Origin: Antedon mediterranea
Lineage: Eukaryota > Animalia > Echinodermata
Assembly: GCF_964355755.1 (NCBI RefSeq)
Contig: NC_092680.1
Span: 18,237,045-18,301,044, forward strand
Direction of reading: 5' to 3'
DNA: 64,000 nt
Every line of letters begins with the position of its first letter. Position 1 is the stretch's first letter. Made by a program: the position numbers and the translations under genes. The notes under the pieces are model-generated. The model had not been told where the DNA came from. It saw nothing but the letters and a program-made list of their open reading frames with translations, and made no database searches. Shown piece after piece: positions 13,001 to 28,000 of the stretch.

Positions 13001-16000
13001 CACTCTGTTTCCTTCATCTTTCTCTTTATACAAAGTCTGTCTAATTTCCATTTTTGGATTGATATGATTGTGTTATCATTTTGGCAGCTGTGTACTTTCA
13101 TGTATCTGTTGTTTAATTTGCATCTTGAGTGCAGCTAACCTTTATACGCCATAATAACAATATTCACGCCTATCTTTACAGCATTTTTTCTAAAAATCGA
13201 AAAAGGTTAGAACAACTTGATATAATTTTTCTCGGGGTTATACTTCTTTGTATGCTTGGAGATGAAATCTGTCTGATGTTTATTAAAATCCATTTATAAT
13301 ACTTTATTTAATTTCAATGTTATGCATGTTTGTTTTATGTACAGAATTACCTAAATATCAGAAGATAGTGGTCTAGCAATACGTATGCAAGACTAGTGAT
13401 CGATTCCTGCCCGAGAATTATTTGCCAATGTTTTTTCGCATTAAGTACTAATTACATCATAGTAGAGAAAAGCATCTGACTTAATACGATCACGCCATGC
13501 TATCATCAATTAAATTTTAAGCATTATTTTACAGGTCTCCACGCCTGCTGCAAATGTCGCAGATAAGCGGTCAACAAACATCAAATTTAACATTTTGATT
13601 GAAAACTAAAGTTCCCATTGGAGACTGACGTAAAGTATCAAGGGAAATCTGTTTCTCGATTTCAATCAAACCATCGTATCAACCGATTTTTCGACAGCAT
13701 AAAGCGGAAGCGCTTCCTGGCTAAACCAAACTTTCTCCACCCTTGACACTAAATTTGTCTGTCCAACTTATCAACTGGAAAAGTGCAAGCTGAAAGGGCT
13801 TTTGAACTTTCAAATCACAATTAACTTTGCAAAAACAACCAAGATTTGTTTTTAACTGTCCCGTAACATGTAAGAACTCCCTTACAAAAGAAATAATAAA
13901 TCAACTATAATATTAATAGTAGGTTAGAAATGTATATTTTCATTTACACATTTAACACACACATTCATATACTAATTATTTATACATTTTTTTAAAAAAT
14001 TAACATAGTTTCAAAATAAAGATGAACATTACCTGTTTATTGAAATAGGATATTAGAACATCTCGTTTGGGACACAATTATTTAAGGGACACCCCTATTA
14101 AGAGGACACTTCTTTCATGTGAAACAAACAAGGGGCAATACATGTTTTAATGCTACAGCTAACCCCTATTCAGAGGACACTTTGTTGAGTCACAAAGGTG
14201 TCCCAAAGGTTTATATCTATATAAGATATATACTTCATAATTTTTATTATTTATTTATTTATTGAACTTCTCACAAACTCTGTGAAGGATCGGGACCAAC
14301 AGGTGGTAAACACCTCTTAAAATGGTCCAGTCACAATTCCGCAGTGGCTGTGTTTGTGTGGACTAGTACACCGGGGTAACCCCTTACTCGTCTCTAAAGA
14401 TGTACTAGGTTCTTTAAAGTGCACATGAGCTATGTATTGTATTCCTTTTCCGTGAAACATAATATGGAGAACTGAAAAGAAACCAAAGCTGTCATGGACC
14501 ATCAACGGCAAAAGGGCGTGTCTACTCAAACATTGGTGTTAGCACAACTTGCATTTGCCATGAAAGGAAATTGCAAAAATTAGGACATTTAGATTAAATT
14601 TTGCACTTCATTTCACCATCTTTAGGTCATTTTATTTCAAAATCCTAGATCTTTCGCTGATTTGATCCCTACACCAAATTCAAATCCTTTCTACATAACT
14701 TCTACTTTTATATTTCAAATAAATAAAATATATGTTTGTATAGATTATGAAAAAATAAATATACCTAAATATAAATAATGAATATTCATGAGTTAAAATT
14801 TAATCTGTGCACTACGATTGGTCAGACAAATTGTTTGAAAAATAAGCCCATGCATGCATCATCACATCATGCACATTTATATTATATAGGGCTATTTTAG
14901 TGTTGATGTCAATGTTTAGATTTTATAATAAACAATAGATTCTTTATACATGTACCTTTTAATTTTAACTGTAGCTTCTGCCTTAACTCATTGGAAATAA
15001 TAATCCAGGTTGGGACACCCTGTTTTTAGACTTTACTGACCTTATCTACTTCTACTATTTTTTTTAAACTTTTTCTTTCAGAGGTCAGAAAAAGTTTAAG
15101 GTTATAGACAGTTTAAGTAAAACCCATCCAAGTGAAATAAATAATACTATTTTCGTCCAAAAATAACAAAACACCAATAATAAAACTAAAAAGTAAACAA
15201 GATAACAAAAATGAATTGTTATAAACTGTACAGTGCTATGGACGTAATAATTGCATACAGTATTTAGACTCTTACTTATTTAATTTTTACCACGCTGCAA
15301 AACAAAAAAGAAATGGTGTATTTATAGCCTTTCCTAAATATTTTATTCTGAGAGTTACTGTAGATTGTATGCCCTTACAACAGTATACAAAAATAAACAA
15401 ACAATAACAACACAAACAATATAGTATGTACTTTTATTTTTATAAGCAAAAAGGTCAAGTTTACCAGTGAAAATGAAACTAATATATAAACAAATTTAGT
15501 TTAATATTGAAAATAAAAGAAATGGAAATAGACTACACAAAGATAGGTTTAACATGTGTTACAAGTTTGTTTTGCTTTATTACACTTTTGTTTTTAACAA
15601 ATAAACATTTATTTTTCAACTCAGAGTTTAAAGATGTATTGTCCCTTGAAACACAAAAAAATGAAGGTCAAAATATACTAAATTTTAATTGGCCATATCA
15701 AAGTAATATTAAAGTTATTCACTTTAAGTCGAAAATTCGAGACAAAAACAACAATTTTACGTAATTAATAGCTAAATTAATTTGATTACATTTCGTCTGA
15801 AAAACAAAGTAAACAAAGATTTCAAACCATGAGTATGCATTATGCATGATGCTAATTAGGATTGTTTACAACTTGTCACGGTTGAGAAGGTGTTTTCGCA
15901 CAGATCGCAAGGAAGTTTTATGATTATGCATACAGAGTAGCCAAATATGCGCATTGCATTATGAGATATGTTTTGGTCGAAAACTTTGACTGGAAGAAGT

Positions 16001-19000
16001 CAAAGTTATTTTTTTAACCAAAAAAAATCTGTATTTCAGTTAAAGGGTTTTTTTTCTCGACTATTTTTTGGTGAAAGTTAACTATTATAATACTTCAAAA
16101 TGACCCACTTTTTTTCTAAATCTTTTTATTTTTATTTTTTTGGAATTTGACAAAGGGACAATACATCTTTAATGTGTCTCAAATGTTATGGCTAGCTAAA
16201 TGATCCTGTATATATATTTATCTACTTTTTGTATGTGTACATATTTATGTATGTTTTTTGTTTAAAGAAAATTATATATATAACTTTGTTTTTATAATTT
16301 TCTGTAAGTACAACTCCCAGTTCACTCAGCTGTAAAATGAGTACCTGGTTGAAAATACTAGGGAGAAAAAAGGCGGCGTGGAAAGGAACTGGCCACCCTA
16401 CCACATAATGCCGAGGCTTAGTACAATGAGCTCCTAACAGCTCATTCCCCTACGTTCAGAGAACACGGGACTCACCTTTATAGTATATTTAAAAAAATTA
16501 TGTATTGTGTTTTAAATTTTCTTTAATTACTTGAAAACCTTGCTGGGTCATTTTGAAAAGCAGTCATTATCGAAAATGCAATTGAGTCAAAAGAAGAACA
16601 AATAAAAGAAAAAATATTTTACAAGAATAAAAAATGTTTGTAAAATTACCAATTTACAGTATAACTATAGAGTATTACTTTTGAATTATATATGTTGGTA
16701 TTTTAAAGATGTGTTTCCCTCCTAAAATTATTTTAAACTTTTATGAAAATTAAATTTAAAATTAGCTCAGAAATAATAAACCAAGTTTTTATCCTGGTTG
16801 TTGTACTAAATGAAGCTAAATATGTTGAATGGTTGCCAGTAAATTGTGGTTTTTATGCCATCTTTGAAACATTTAGTCTAGCGACTAGCTCATTCTTCAT
16901 ATGACTAGCCAACTGGGTGTGTATCTTTGACCGAATATTTATTGATAGACATTGTACGCCCAAATTAGACCCTGAAATGTACTTTACATTTTAAATTTTC
17001 TTACAAGTTCATTTTAAATCTATTAAAAAAAAAACATCTTTTAGTTTTAGGGAGGTAGGTAGGGTGGGAGTCAAATAGATCTCTGAAATTTGGACTTAAA
17101 TGTTTGTATTATACCTCAAATGGGTTATATTTCATTTTTGTTGAAATGTAATGTTACAGTATAAAACCTCCTTTGGGACACACCTATTAAGGGGACATCC
17201 ATGGGGACACACCTAATAAGGGGACATACCTATTCAAGGAACACACCTATTAAGGGGACATTCATATTCAGGGGACACTCACTCTTATTCAGGGGACACA
17301 CCTATTTAGGGGACACACCTATTAAATGGATATTCCAAATTCAGGGGAGATTTTATCCTTAGGGTTTTTTTATAGAATATTATTAGGATTATTAAAGTAA
17401 TCCTTTCCATAGATAATATCATATCACAGACGACAAAAGAAACTGTTGTTATAATAAATTTTTTTTAAATATCACGTTTTTTCAAGTAGTGACAACAATC
17501 ACATTATTATTAATATTGACAACAAGTTTATTTATAACATTGCAAACAATAGAAATTTAATATAATTTACAAAAAAGAAAGTGAATTAACAATTAACAAA
17601 AATTGAATTAAGTTGATAGTGATCCATGTTCAGTTCTACACAATATTTGTGACTCAAAAGTACAAGACAGGGTCACGATAAAACAGCAGAAGATTGAACA
17701 CTTGAGTAATATCTGACTCAGAAACTCGCTGTCAGCTTTGAAAGGAATCGAGTACAATTTCCCAGACTGTTGGCTTATCGCGCTGCGAAATCCTATGGGA
17801 ATGCTAACTAGAGTAGAAAGAAAATTAAGTAAAAAGTACATGCTGGACAACCTCCTACGATGCTATCATCCAGTCGCAGATAAGCAAAGCGAGGAAATGT
17901 TCGAAAAGTACAGTGGATGGGGTGAACTAACCTGTCGTGGCAAATCAGGATAATAAGGGGTACACAGCTGTGTGTTGGAATTGCGCCAATCTTTAATTTC
18001 AACATTAGTTCAAGTTAAAAGTTATTTATGTTGACTTTTGTATAGGAAAAGTTTACTCAATTACATTAATGATCATCATTGGGCTAAATGCCCTGCAGAG
18101 AAATACAAGTTAAGCGTTTTTCTAAACGATTAAAACATTATAAATGTTAACTAAACATACAATGTTAAAAAGTACTCTCTTGAAGTTTGTTTGAATACAG
18201 AGATATGTGTTGGACTTTATGAACATTGGCTCAGTGGCCAGTTTAAATAAATATAATAAATATTAAATGTAATTTATATTTACCAACATTAACTTGAACG
18301 AAGGGCCTTACACCACTACTTGAACCCAGGCTCTTAGATCACGAACATGAACCCAGGCCCTTAGATCACTAACTTGAACCCAGGCCCTTAAACTACTAAC
18401 TTGAACTCAGGCCCTTAGATCACTAACTTGATCCCAGGCCCGTAAATAACTAACTAGAATTCAGGCCCTTAAATCACTAACTTGATCCCAGGCCCTTAAA
18501 TCACTAACTTGATCCCAGGCCCTTAAATTACTAACTTGATTCCAGGCCCTTAGATCACTAACTTGAACCCAGGCCCTTAAATTACTAACTTGAACCCAGG
18601 CCCTTATACCACTAACTTGAACTTAGGCCCCTAGATCACTTTAACTTGATCCCAGGCCCTTACACCACTAACTTTATTCCATGCTCTTAAACCATTAACT
18701 TGAAACCCAGGCCCTTAGATCACTAACTTGATCCTTGGCCCTTAAAATTACTAACTAGAACCCAGGCCCTTAAACCACTAACTTGAACCCCGGCCCATAA
18801 ACCACTAACTTAAACCCAGGCCCTTAAACCACTAACTTAAACCCAGCCCATAAACCACTAACTTAAACCCAGGCCCTTAAACCACTAACTTGAACTCAGG
18901 CCCTTACACCACTAACTTGAACTCAGGCCCTTAAATCACTGTAGGACTTGAACTCAGAACTTGAACCTAGGAGCTTAAATCAGGACTTGAACCTAGGAGC

Positions 19001-22000
19001 TTAAATCAGGACTTGAACCTAGGAGCTTAAATCAGGACTTGAACCTAGGAGCTTAAACCAGAACTTGAAAAAAGGAAACATTGTCGTGTAAAAATAATTG
19101 TTCATTTAAAAAATTGTCCACAGTATTTTACTTTACATAGGGATTTTTTTGTTGTAATACATTAAATTTTTTGCTACACCATTTTCAAAATGTGTAGCAA
19201 TAAGGTTGTTTTGTATAGCTTTTTGCTATGCTACACTGGCGAAAATGTTCCCTAATTACAATGATTCTAAAGTACATTTAAATACCGTATCATGTTATTC
19301 CTATAATCCTATTTATTCCTGAAACATATCTAGTTGAAAATTAACCTTTAATACCTTGAAACTTGTAAAAAGTCATAACATAAAATAAACACATGCTGCA
19401 CATTGAACATTAACGATATTGTCACTATCATCAAAATATTAATTACATTGATATAAGCAAGGTACACACTTTTTCCTATGCACTCATAAAGGTTTAGAGA
19501 ACTTTAAAAAGTACAAGTTAACTCTACAGTTGGTGGAAATTGGAACATGGAAAAAAAAGAATGCCTCGGAATAATAAGCTGGTTAGGCATTAGTCAGTTG
19601 CTGTACAGTAATTGTATCACATGGCACACTGTTGATTCTCATTATGCTTTGAATGTGAATAACTATAACTATGAATTGTAAATCATACTTTATATTAAAA
19701 CATAAACTAGAATGTTTTTAGAGGGCAGCCTGTAGGATCTAAAGCTCTGTCTGTACACATAGAGATATTATAGTGTCTCTATGGTCTACACTATTAAACG
19801 TTATGCGACAACAAAATGTGATGTGCCCATATATGGAAATGATGATGTCATATCACTACCATATTTGGGCACATCACATTGTTTTTTGTCAAACTAGTTT
19901 AGGGTTTTTCTTGCGAATTTAAAGATACAATATTCATTTGGCCATTCAGTCAACTAAAAATCTGTAATCACTTTTTTATAATATGAATGGTAGATTAACA
20001 AATATTTACTTTTTTCATTTGAATAGTAATAACTAATAGATACAGCATTTATAACAAGCTATTGAGTACTCTAAAACGAACGGAAAAGCTACAATGTAGC
20101 TATATATTGTAGCAATTAGATGTCATAAAGATAAACTCAAACCTATTCTACTTCATAACAATCATGATTGAGACATAAATTATGTATTATTGGTGTAATA
20201 TTTAACACTGAATACTAAAGGTTAATTAAAGCTATTCTATACCGCTATTATTAAAGCAATGAATTGAGAAACAAGGTGAAACTTACAAAATACAACAGAA
20301 ACAATGAGCTATATAGAAACCTTGATTTTAAGTTCATAGAGACTTACATACCGTGACTAATATAGTAATAAAAAAAATGTCTTTTTTTTATTAATAAGAA
20401 GCTTAGAATGTCAACCTAGCACCAATACACTGTACAACACATCTGCATGTAGGCCATTGACTGTAAAGGTCAAAGTACTATCAAAAACACTAAAGGTCAA
20501 TGTACTTTTTTTAATCAGCTGTATGAAACTGTAGCTGTGTAATCTTATTCTTGTTTGCTAGGTTTATAAAGCATATCTCCACATCTAGAAGGAATATGTC
20601 TTGTTTTATAGATGTTTTGTTTAATATCATGACAACAGTTCATTTAATTCTAGAATATTTTATACAAAAATGTAAACACAATTTTAATTTTAAAAATGTT
20701 AATCAGATATTTTGTTTTCTTAACAATCATGACGTCACTTGATAGTTTTTTTAGGATGAAAGCTTTCTTATTTCCTTTGTTTTATGTAAGAAAAATGCAA
20801 ATATATCTATATTATTTATCTATTTATATAGAGGTTATCGCTTGCCGTTTACCCGTCCATCGTTTAGTAATAGTATTTTCTATAACAACATCTGTATTTT
20901 GAACACTCTCTCAATGTACAAATGAAAAAGATGAAACAGAAAAGGGGTCAAAGTTATTGAATAAGCTAAGTTCAAATAAATTTACTATATATCGGAAAAG
21001 GGGCTGAAAAAAAATTCTGAAACCAAAACTGGTTTCAATAACTCTAAAATAATTTAGAGGAATAGGTAATAATTAAATTTGGAAAACAGGTCATTGGTTC
21101 TAAATAATAAAAAAGAGTTGAGTTATCGGAAACGTTAACTCATGAAAAAAAAGAAAAAACACACTCGGAGGATCTATTTCGTCATTCTGAACCCCAAACT
21201 GCCGCCAATTAGTCTAAATATTTAGAGGGATTCGGAAGAATGAAAAGTAGAACACAGGTGAAAGGAATTACAAACACAGATCAAGACCAACAAAAGCAGG
21301 TGATGTGAAGAGGCGACTAAAAAACAATACTGTGCTGTCTAAATGCATGGTTCTGGTGGATGTTACAGTAAATGCTAAGTAAAGCTTTTTGTACGCGACA
21401 TCCAGAGTGTGTTCGCTTGACTACCATTGCATAGGATCTGACCTATATGACAGCAAAGGTAACTGCACTATTATCGTACTTATACTTCTTTCACACTATT
21501 ATGAAATTAATCTTTAGTTAGGCAAAGAAAAATCAAAAACTGTTATTTTATACCAATGCTTACATAAACTATTGAATGAGTATGCCGTTACATAGGATTA
21601 ATAGAGTTCAGAAATAGGATAACGTACTTAAACAAACTAATTTTCCAGTCCAATTATCAACATTACTATAAAACGAAAATTACGATATGATAGTTCAGTA
21701 TTTTAGTTTTGGCAGTTTCTTAAATATATCAGTGATTTTAACAGTATAAAATTAGGAGTTTTTCGAAAAAAGTTTGGCAGAGTGAAAAATTTAATGTACA
21801 TAAAATAAAAGCATAAATATAAAAAGTGAGATCGATGAAATAAAATCTATGTTCAAATAGTATTACATATATTAAAAAATGGTAGTGTCATACTGTAATT
21901 TCTTTTTAAAACAGGACACATACATACACACAATGCAGATAAAATTAAAAGGACTGTAACATTGTATTATTATTGAATGCACAATAAAAGTGCAATAGTG

Positions 22001-25000
22001 GGGTCAGGATTGTACAATTAATCTCCCATGATCACGATAGCACGCACCACGTTCCCCTTCAATAGTCACGAAAAATACATCCCACTGATATCCGTTACAA
22101 TCCCTTTTTCACACGTACCACTTGTAAAGTAATAAATTGTAATACAATATAATAATAAGAGTCCAGACAAAGATAATGATGAGCTAAACAGACAAAGAAC
22201 TGTCAGAAGAGATTGTAAAATATAGGAATATAGAATTGATTTATTGTTTGGTACGCTCATTAAAATAACATGACAGGTGTCAATCACCTGTTGAATAGGT
22301 TGGAACATAACAACAGTACTTTAATTGGATTTTAGAGTCTATCAACACAAAACCAAAATATGATTTTCACATATTTATTTTTAATAACATTTTCAAACTT
22401 CTGAAACTGGTTATGGTTTGCCAAAGACCCAGTTTTAATGCAAAAAAAATTAATAATTCAGAAACATAAATAAATCAATTTAAGCAATTACAAAGATATA
22501 ACAAGTTTTCACCATGAAATTACTAAACAAAAATGATTATTTATTATCAAGATATACTATAGGAGCCTACTATGACTTTAGTTTTTTTTTTAATATTTTG
22601 ATTTCTGGAAACTATGTATTTTTAATCCTATACCTGATTAGTATCTTTGTCAAAGAAAATCATATTAACTTTAATAACCTAAATGAGGGCGCTACACCGA
22701 TAAATACATTTTAGGAATAAAGTTCATCAAACTTTAATAAATTATTGTTCAGTGGCTATGAGCGCTCACTGGCTAAACCCAGGGGCAGGGGCCCCAGAGT
22801 TTAAGGGTCCCAGAGTTTAAGGGGTCCCGGTGCTTAAGAGGCTCCAGAGCATGAGCAGCTCATATGTTATTTTTACTTATAATCATTGATGAACGTTATT
22901 TATTTTTACTGTATAACACTGTAAGGGTGAATCCAAATAACATAAAAATGATATTGTAAACAGCCTAAACATATTTTACAATTAGCAGTATAGGATAGTA
23001 AGTTGTATGGTTAGCAGTATACAGTAGTAGTATAGTACTGTAAGTTACAGTACATCATACATTTAAGGGGCAACTTCGTTGCTGTTGATTTTGAAGAAAT
23101 AAAATAAAAATCTGTAGTGGTAGTATACTATAAGTTGCATAGTTAACAATATAGCTGGATTTAACTATTGCACTTGTATGTTATCAGAAAGTCCATGAAA
23201 AGTCCGATGTTTAATAAATTATAGGATTTAAGGTATTAGTAGATTTGAACATCCTAAAAAAATATGCTATTATAAACTAATTTATAAGAAACAAGAAACT
23301 CTAGAGGGAAGCATTCATATAAAAATATTTTAAAGTATATTTAACTTTCGATTGTGGGATAATAAATACTAGTCTGTTTTGAGGCGATCTATTGTTAATT
23401 TCTTTGTTCTTTCTATCTGAGCAAATGGATTAGATCATGAAGTACCATTTGAATTTGAAACCCTCTTATATGTTACTATTCATTAATGCTGTAGAATATA
23501 TTAGTGCTGTGTACATGGGATCTCCACAGAGGCATGTCTTAATACTATTCATAAATTTACATAATAGTATTCTTTGCCAGCCAATATATGTGTAATATCA
23601 TTTGCTTTGGATGTAATTCATGACAAGAAAAAAATATCAGTATAAAATAAAGGGTGTTGGCCTATTTTTTATGTCTCGCTGGTTTTAATTTCATTTTCTT
23701 TTTTGTCTGATCTTCTTTTTGAATATATACAGAAAGATATAAGTTAGAATTTTATCTCTTAATAACTGGGTTTTGATAAGTAATTAATCTCAACACCTCG
23801 TAATTAGTAACTTATGTTTTTTGAATATTTAAAAAAAAAGTACTGTAACTAATAATTTAAAAGCGAAACACTGTCAAATTATATTAAAATTAATTTCTTA
23901 CCGCCACTGTTTTCGTAAATTCCTCTCCGTTCGGGGGTGTCTCTCGCAGGAGTGCATAAACCACTTCGGAACTGTCCTTTATATGGCCAGACATTTCATC
24001 GGTCAGTACGTGCACGTTTCTATAAATCGTAAAGACATTTTTAGTAGAAGCAGACGAATGCGTGGGTTCAATATCCTTAAGGGTAGTAACAGCCTTCTAA
24101 GATATCTAATCATGTCAAAGGTCACATCTTTGAAAAAAATGAGATATCGAGAAAATTTATGAAAGCATGGTTTAAAGAGAGCTGCTATAACATACAAATT
24201 TAGAAAAAAAAAATCATCTTGAACATCAGCATTTCATTTAGCATAAAAGATGGCAAGTGTAGAAAGAATCACATTGTTCACTAATTATTTTATACATTAC
24301 TGTATCTGTGTTTTTTTTTCATGTTAAATGAATCAAGAAAAATTTAACCATACAGGAGGCGGGCGGATATTTGGAATTGGCAATTATGTGAGAATTGAGT
24401 TTATTTTTTAATTTAGCAGGAAAACATTAGAAAGATTAATTATAATATTATTGCATGAAAGTATAAAGAAAAATAAAAGTAGAAGATTAAAATATCCTGA
24501 TAAAAATGTTATTATTATAAAATTATAATTGGGACACTTGGATCATAAGTGACTTTAGGTATACATTTAATAATGAAATTTATATACAATGCAAAATTAT
24601 CATCCAACAAATGTCCTTCTTAAAGTACAAATAAATAGTGCCATCAGAAAATCAGAAAATGAAAGAGAACATTTTGACAAAGTGACAGAAAAAGGAAAAG
24701 AGATTGAAATGGTGTGCACTATTAAGGATCTAGATTAGCATATTTCTAGAAACTAAAGAAGTTATAAAATTGAAACGAACGTTTTAAATTTGACTGTATG
24801 ATTTAAATATTGGTACAGAATGAGAAATTGCACCAAGACGCTCCGCCGGAAACTTGAGTCACTAATTTGTAGATCAAATAACTGCAAAGAAATAAAAAGA
24901 AAACAAAAGTTTATTACTTTATATAGAAAATAACAAAAATAAGTTGTATAAATTACAATGCCTTTGTTCAGAGAGAGTGCTATATTTGTCTTTTAACTAT

Positions 25001-28000
25001 TAGTATTACTTAAATTAGTATTTAGTCTAGATACTCAGAGTCTAGATAATTTTAATAATAAACAAACAATCAAAGCGCTTTGATCTTTATGAAATAGTGC
25101 TATATAAATGTCGCATTATTAGGTTATATGCATTATCATGCATATAACCTCTTGATTCTGTCAAAATCTTTATTAGGTTATATGCATGATATGCATATAA
25201 CCTCTTGATTCTGTCAGAATCTTTATTTATTTCTTTATTTATTCTTTCCTTAGCACTATTTTGTCCGTGAATTATCTTGATATCAGTTTCATCTATCTAA
25301 GTCAATTTTTCAGAGTATATTCCTTATGGCCAGGAATCGATGTGGTTATGTTTTCACGATGCGCAATCAAAAATTACGCGGTCTACGCGCGATTTAACGA
25401 AATCACGTTTGTAATCATATCTTCACAAACATGAATCACTTTTAAACAAAATTTGGTACTCATAAATTTCAGGTCATATTTCATCATATGGCAATACAAT
25501 TACGTGCGTAGCGCATATAACGCATGCGTACGCGCGCTTAAAATGTTGAAAATTGTCAGAATTTATTTTCGATGAAATTAGAGTACGTTTCAGGCAATTT
25601 TAAGCGTTTAAAAAATTGCCATGAGTGCGCAGATTTTTGCACGCGCACTGCGCGTCAAACGTTAATGCGCACTGTTTGTGTCCGATTACTGTTGTATAAC
25701 CTTTCTTTAATAATATCATCATATTTTATTCACTTTTCAACGCGAAACAGCGTTATACGAGCACGTCAAAAGTGACGGGCTACGCACGTGTAAGTTAACA
25801 AAATGGTGAAAATATGCTAAATTTTAAAATTAATATATATCGTTAGAATGCTCGGGAACACCTATTTTTTATTTAATTTTCTTGAAGTGTATGTATCATA
25901 TGTATGATTTATTATGAAATTAGAAGAACAAAAGTTGATTAAGTCATCATTAATGGCATATTAAATTTAACAAAACTAATTTCGACAATCAAACAAATTA
26001 TAACATTTTCTTAGGCCAAAATAACAAACTTAACGTTAACTTTCTTCATTAAGAAGTTCATATATTAAAGTTAAAAGTATATAGTTTGACAGTGCATCAT
26101 TTTTTTAAATTTTTAAAGATGTCATCATAGTAAAACATTATAATTCATTGCGGTATGTAATAATCTATCTGCACCAAAGTGGTTACTGCATAGTAAATAC
26201 ACGGAGGAATTTTTCTCCAACTTTTAGTCAGTTGTGTATGGATCGATGGTCTGTGCTCGTGTCAATGGCATTCAAGGTACCGAGTTCGAGTCTCACCTTG
26301 GGAAACGAAACAAAATTAGTTTTTTTTTATTATCCGTATTGTTTGTTCAAATTTATTTCTTAGTGTATAGATTATACACATGATTTATAATGAAATCTAG
26401 ATAAAAATTAACTTATGTCTTTATTATTATGTAACAACAAATGTGGTTTATGACATTATACGCATATGGATCTTTGATCGGATTGTGATACCGGCTATGG
26501 TGTTCGCGTTAGCAAGGTCCTATCATATATTATAAATAATTAAAGATTCTGAGAAAATCAATCAATCAATATATATTTTAAAAATCAATTATCTTTATTT
26601 AAATCAATGCATATAACCTATAATTCGTCATAGTGACGAATTAAATCTAGTTTATTTATTCTTTCCTTAGCACTATTTTGTCCGTGAATTATCTTGATAT
26701 CAGTTTCATCTATCTAAGTCAATTTTTCAGAGTATATTCCTTATGGCCAGGAATCGATGTGGTTATATTTTCACGATGCGTAATCAAAAATTACGCGGTC
26801 TACGCGCGATTTTACGAAATCACGTTTGTAATCATATCTTCACAAGCATCTATATATAAATTTACGTAAGGGCAAAATTCGGTAAATCGCGCCTTACTTC
26901 TATAATTTTTACTCGATGGTATATAAAGTTGGTTCGTACTTTCGGTACTGATTTTAACCACCTGATGTAACCCTGTTTACTAATTAAATTAAGTTAGATA
27001 ATAAGTTATTGACGGTTAAAACGAATTTAGGTTCCAAGATTTGCCCCAAATAGGGGTGGTTTCCGACCGTGGTATACACTGTATAATGGATGTCCGTCTT
27101 GAAAAATACCCGCCACAAAAATGCGAGGAGGCTTCGCATTTTCCTATCTCCTCCTACGATAATTGTTTTTAATGGCTGAAAACCGGTTGAACAGCTAGAG
27201 TACACCATCATAATGTTGAAGACAGGCCGATTTTCTTTAAAAAATACTATTTTGATACATTTAATATACGTTTTTACAAATGTATTGATTTGTGATGAAT
27301 GGAACATTCCAAATTATTTGGTTTAACCATACAGGTATAGATTTAGATTTATGGGCCCCCTTGGAGAATGAACATAAATAGTATTGCAATGCTGTACAAT
27401 ACTGTTAAGGTATTAACCACTTTTGATTGCAATTTGAATCGCAAATTTCTTACTGTGAGTGTTGGTACTGTTAGATGTAATATAAAAATATATACAAATA
27501 AACTTTATTACTGTGAGTGTGGGTAGGCCCTACTGTTAGATTATAAACATATAATATACAAATAAACATTCCACATTATTTGGTTTAACCATAGAGGTAT
27601 AGATTTAGATTTATGGGCCCCCTTGGAGAATAAACATAAATAGTATTGCAATGCTGTACAATACTGTTAAGGTATTAACCACTTTTGATCCCAATTTTAA
27701 TCGCAAATTTCTTACTGTGAGTGTTGGTACTGTTAGATGTAATATAAAAATATATACAAATAAACTTTATTACTGTGAGTGTGGGTAGGCCCTACTGTTA
27801 GATTATAAACATATAATATACAAATAAATAAACGTTATTACTGACAGTTGCTTTTCAACGTTTGTATTAATTAATAATTTAAAAATATATAAACGTCGTA
27901 GTGGTGTATCGTTACATGTACTTTACTATTTCAATCGACTATGACAGTGAGAGTTTAACAAAGTACCGTATTAAATCGTAAATGTTTTACTGTATTTAGT

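Noticed and set aside
17738-17953. 71-aa ORF as a nested protein gene or selenoprotein (in-frame TGA at 17714)
   Set aside because: No recognisable family, no convincing splice sites or SECIS; retained only as a structured-island finding
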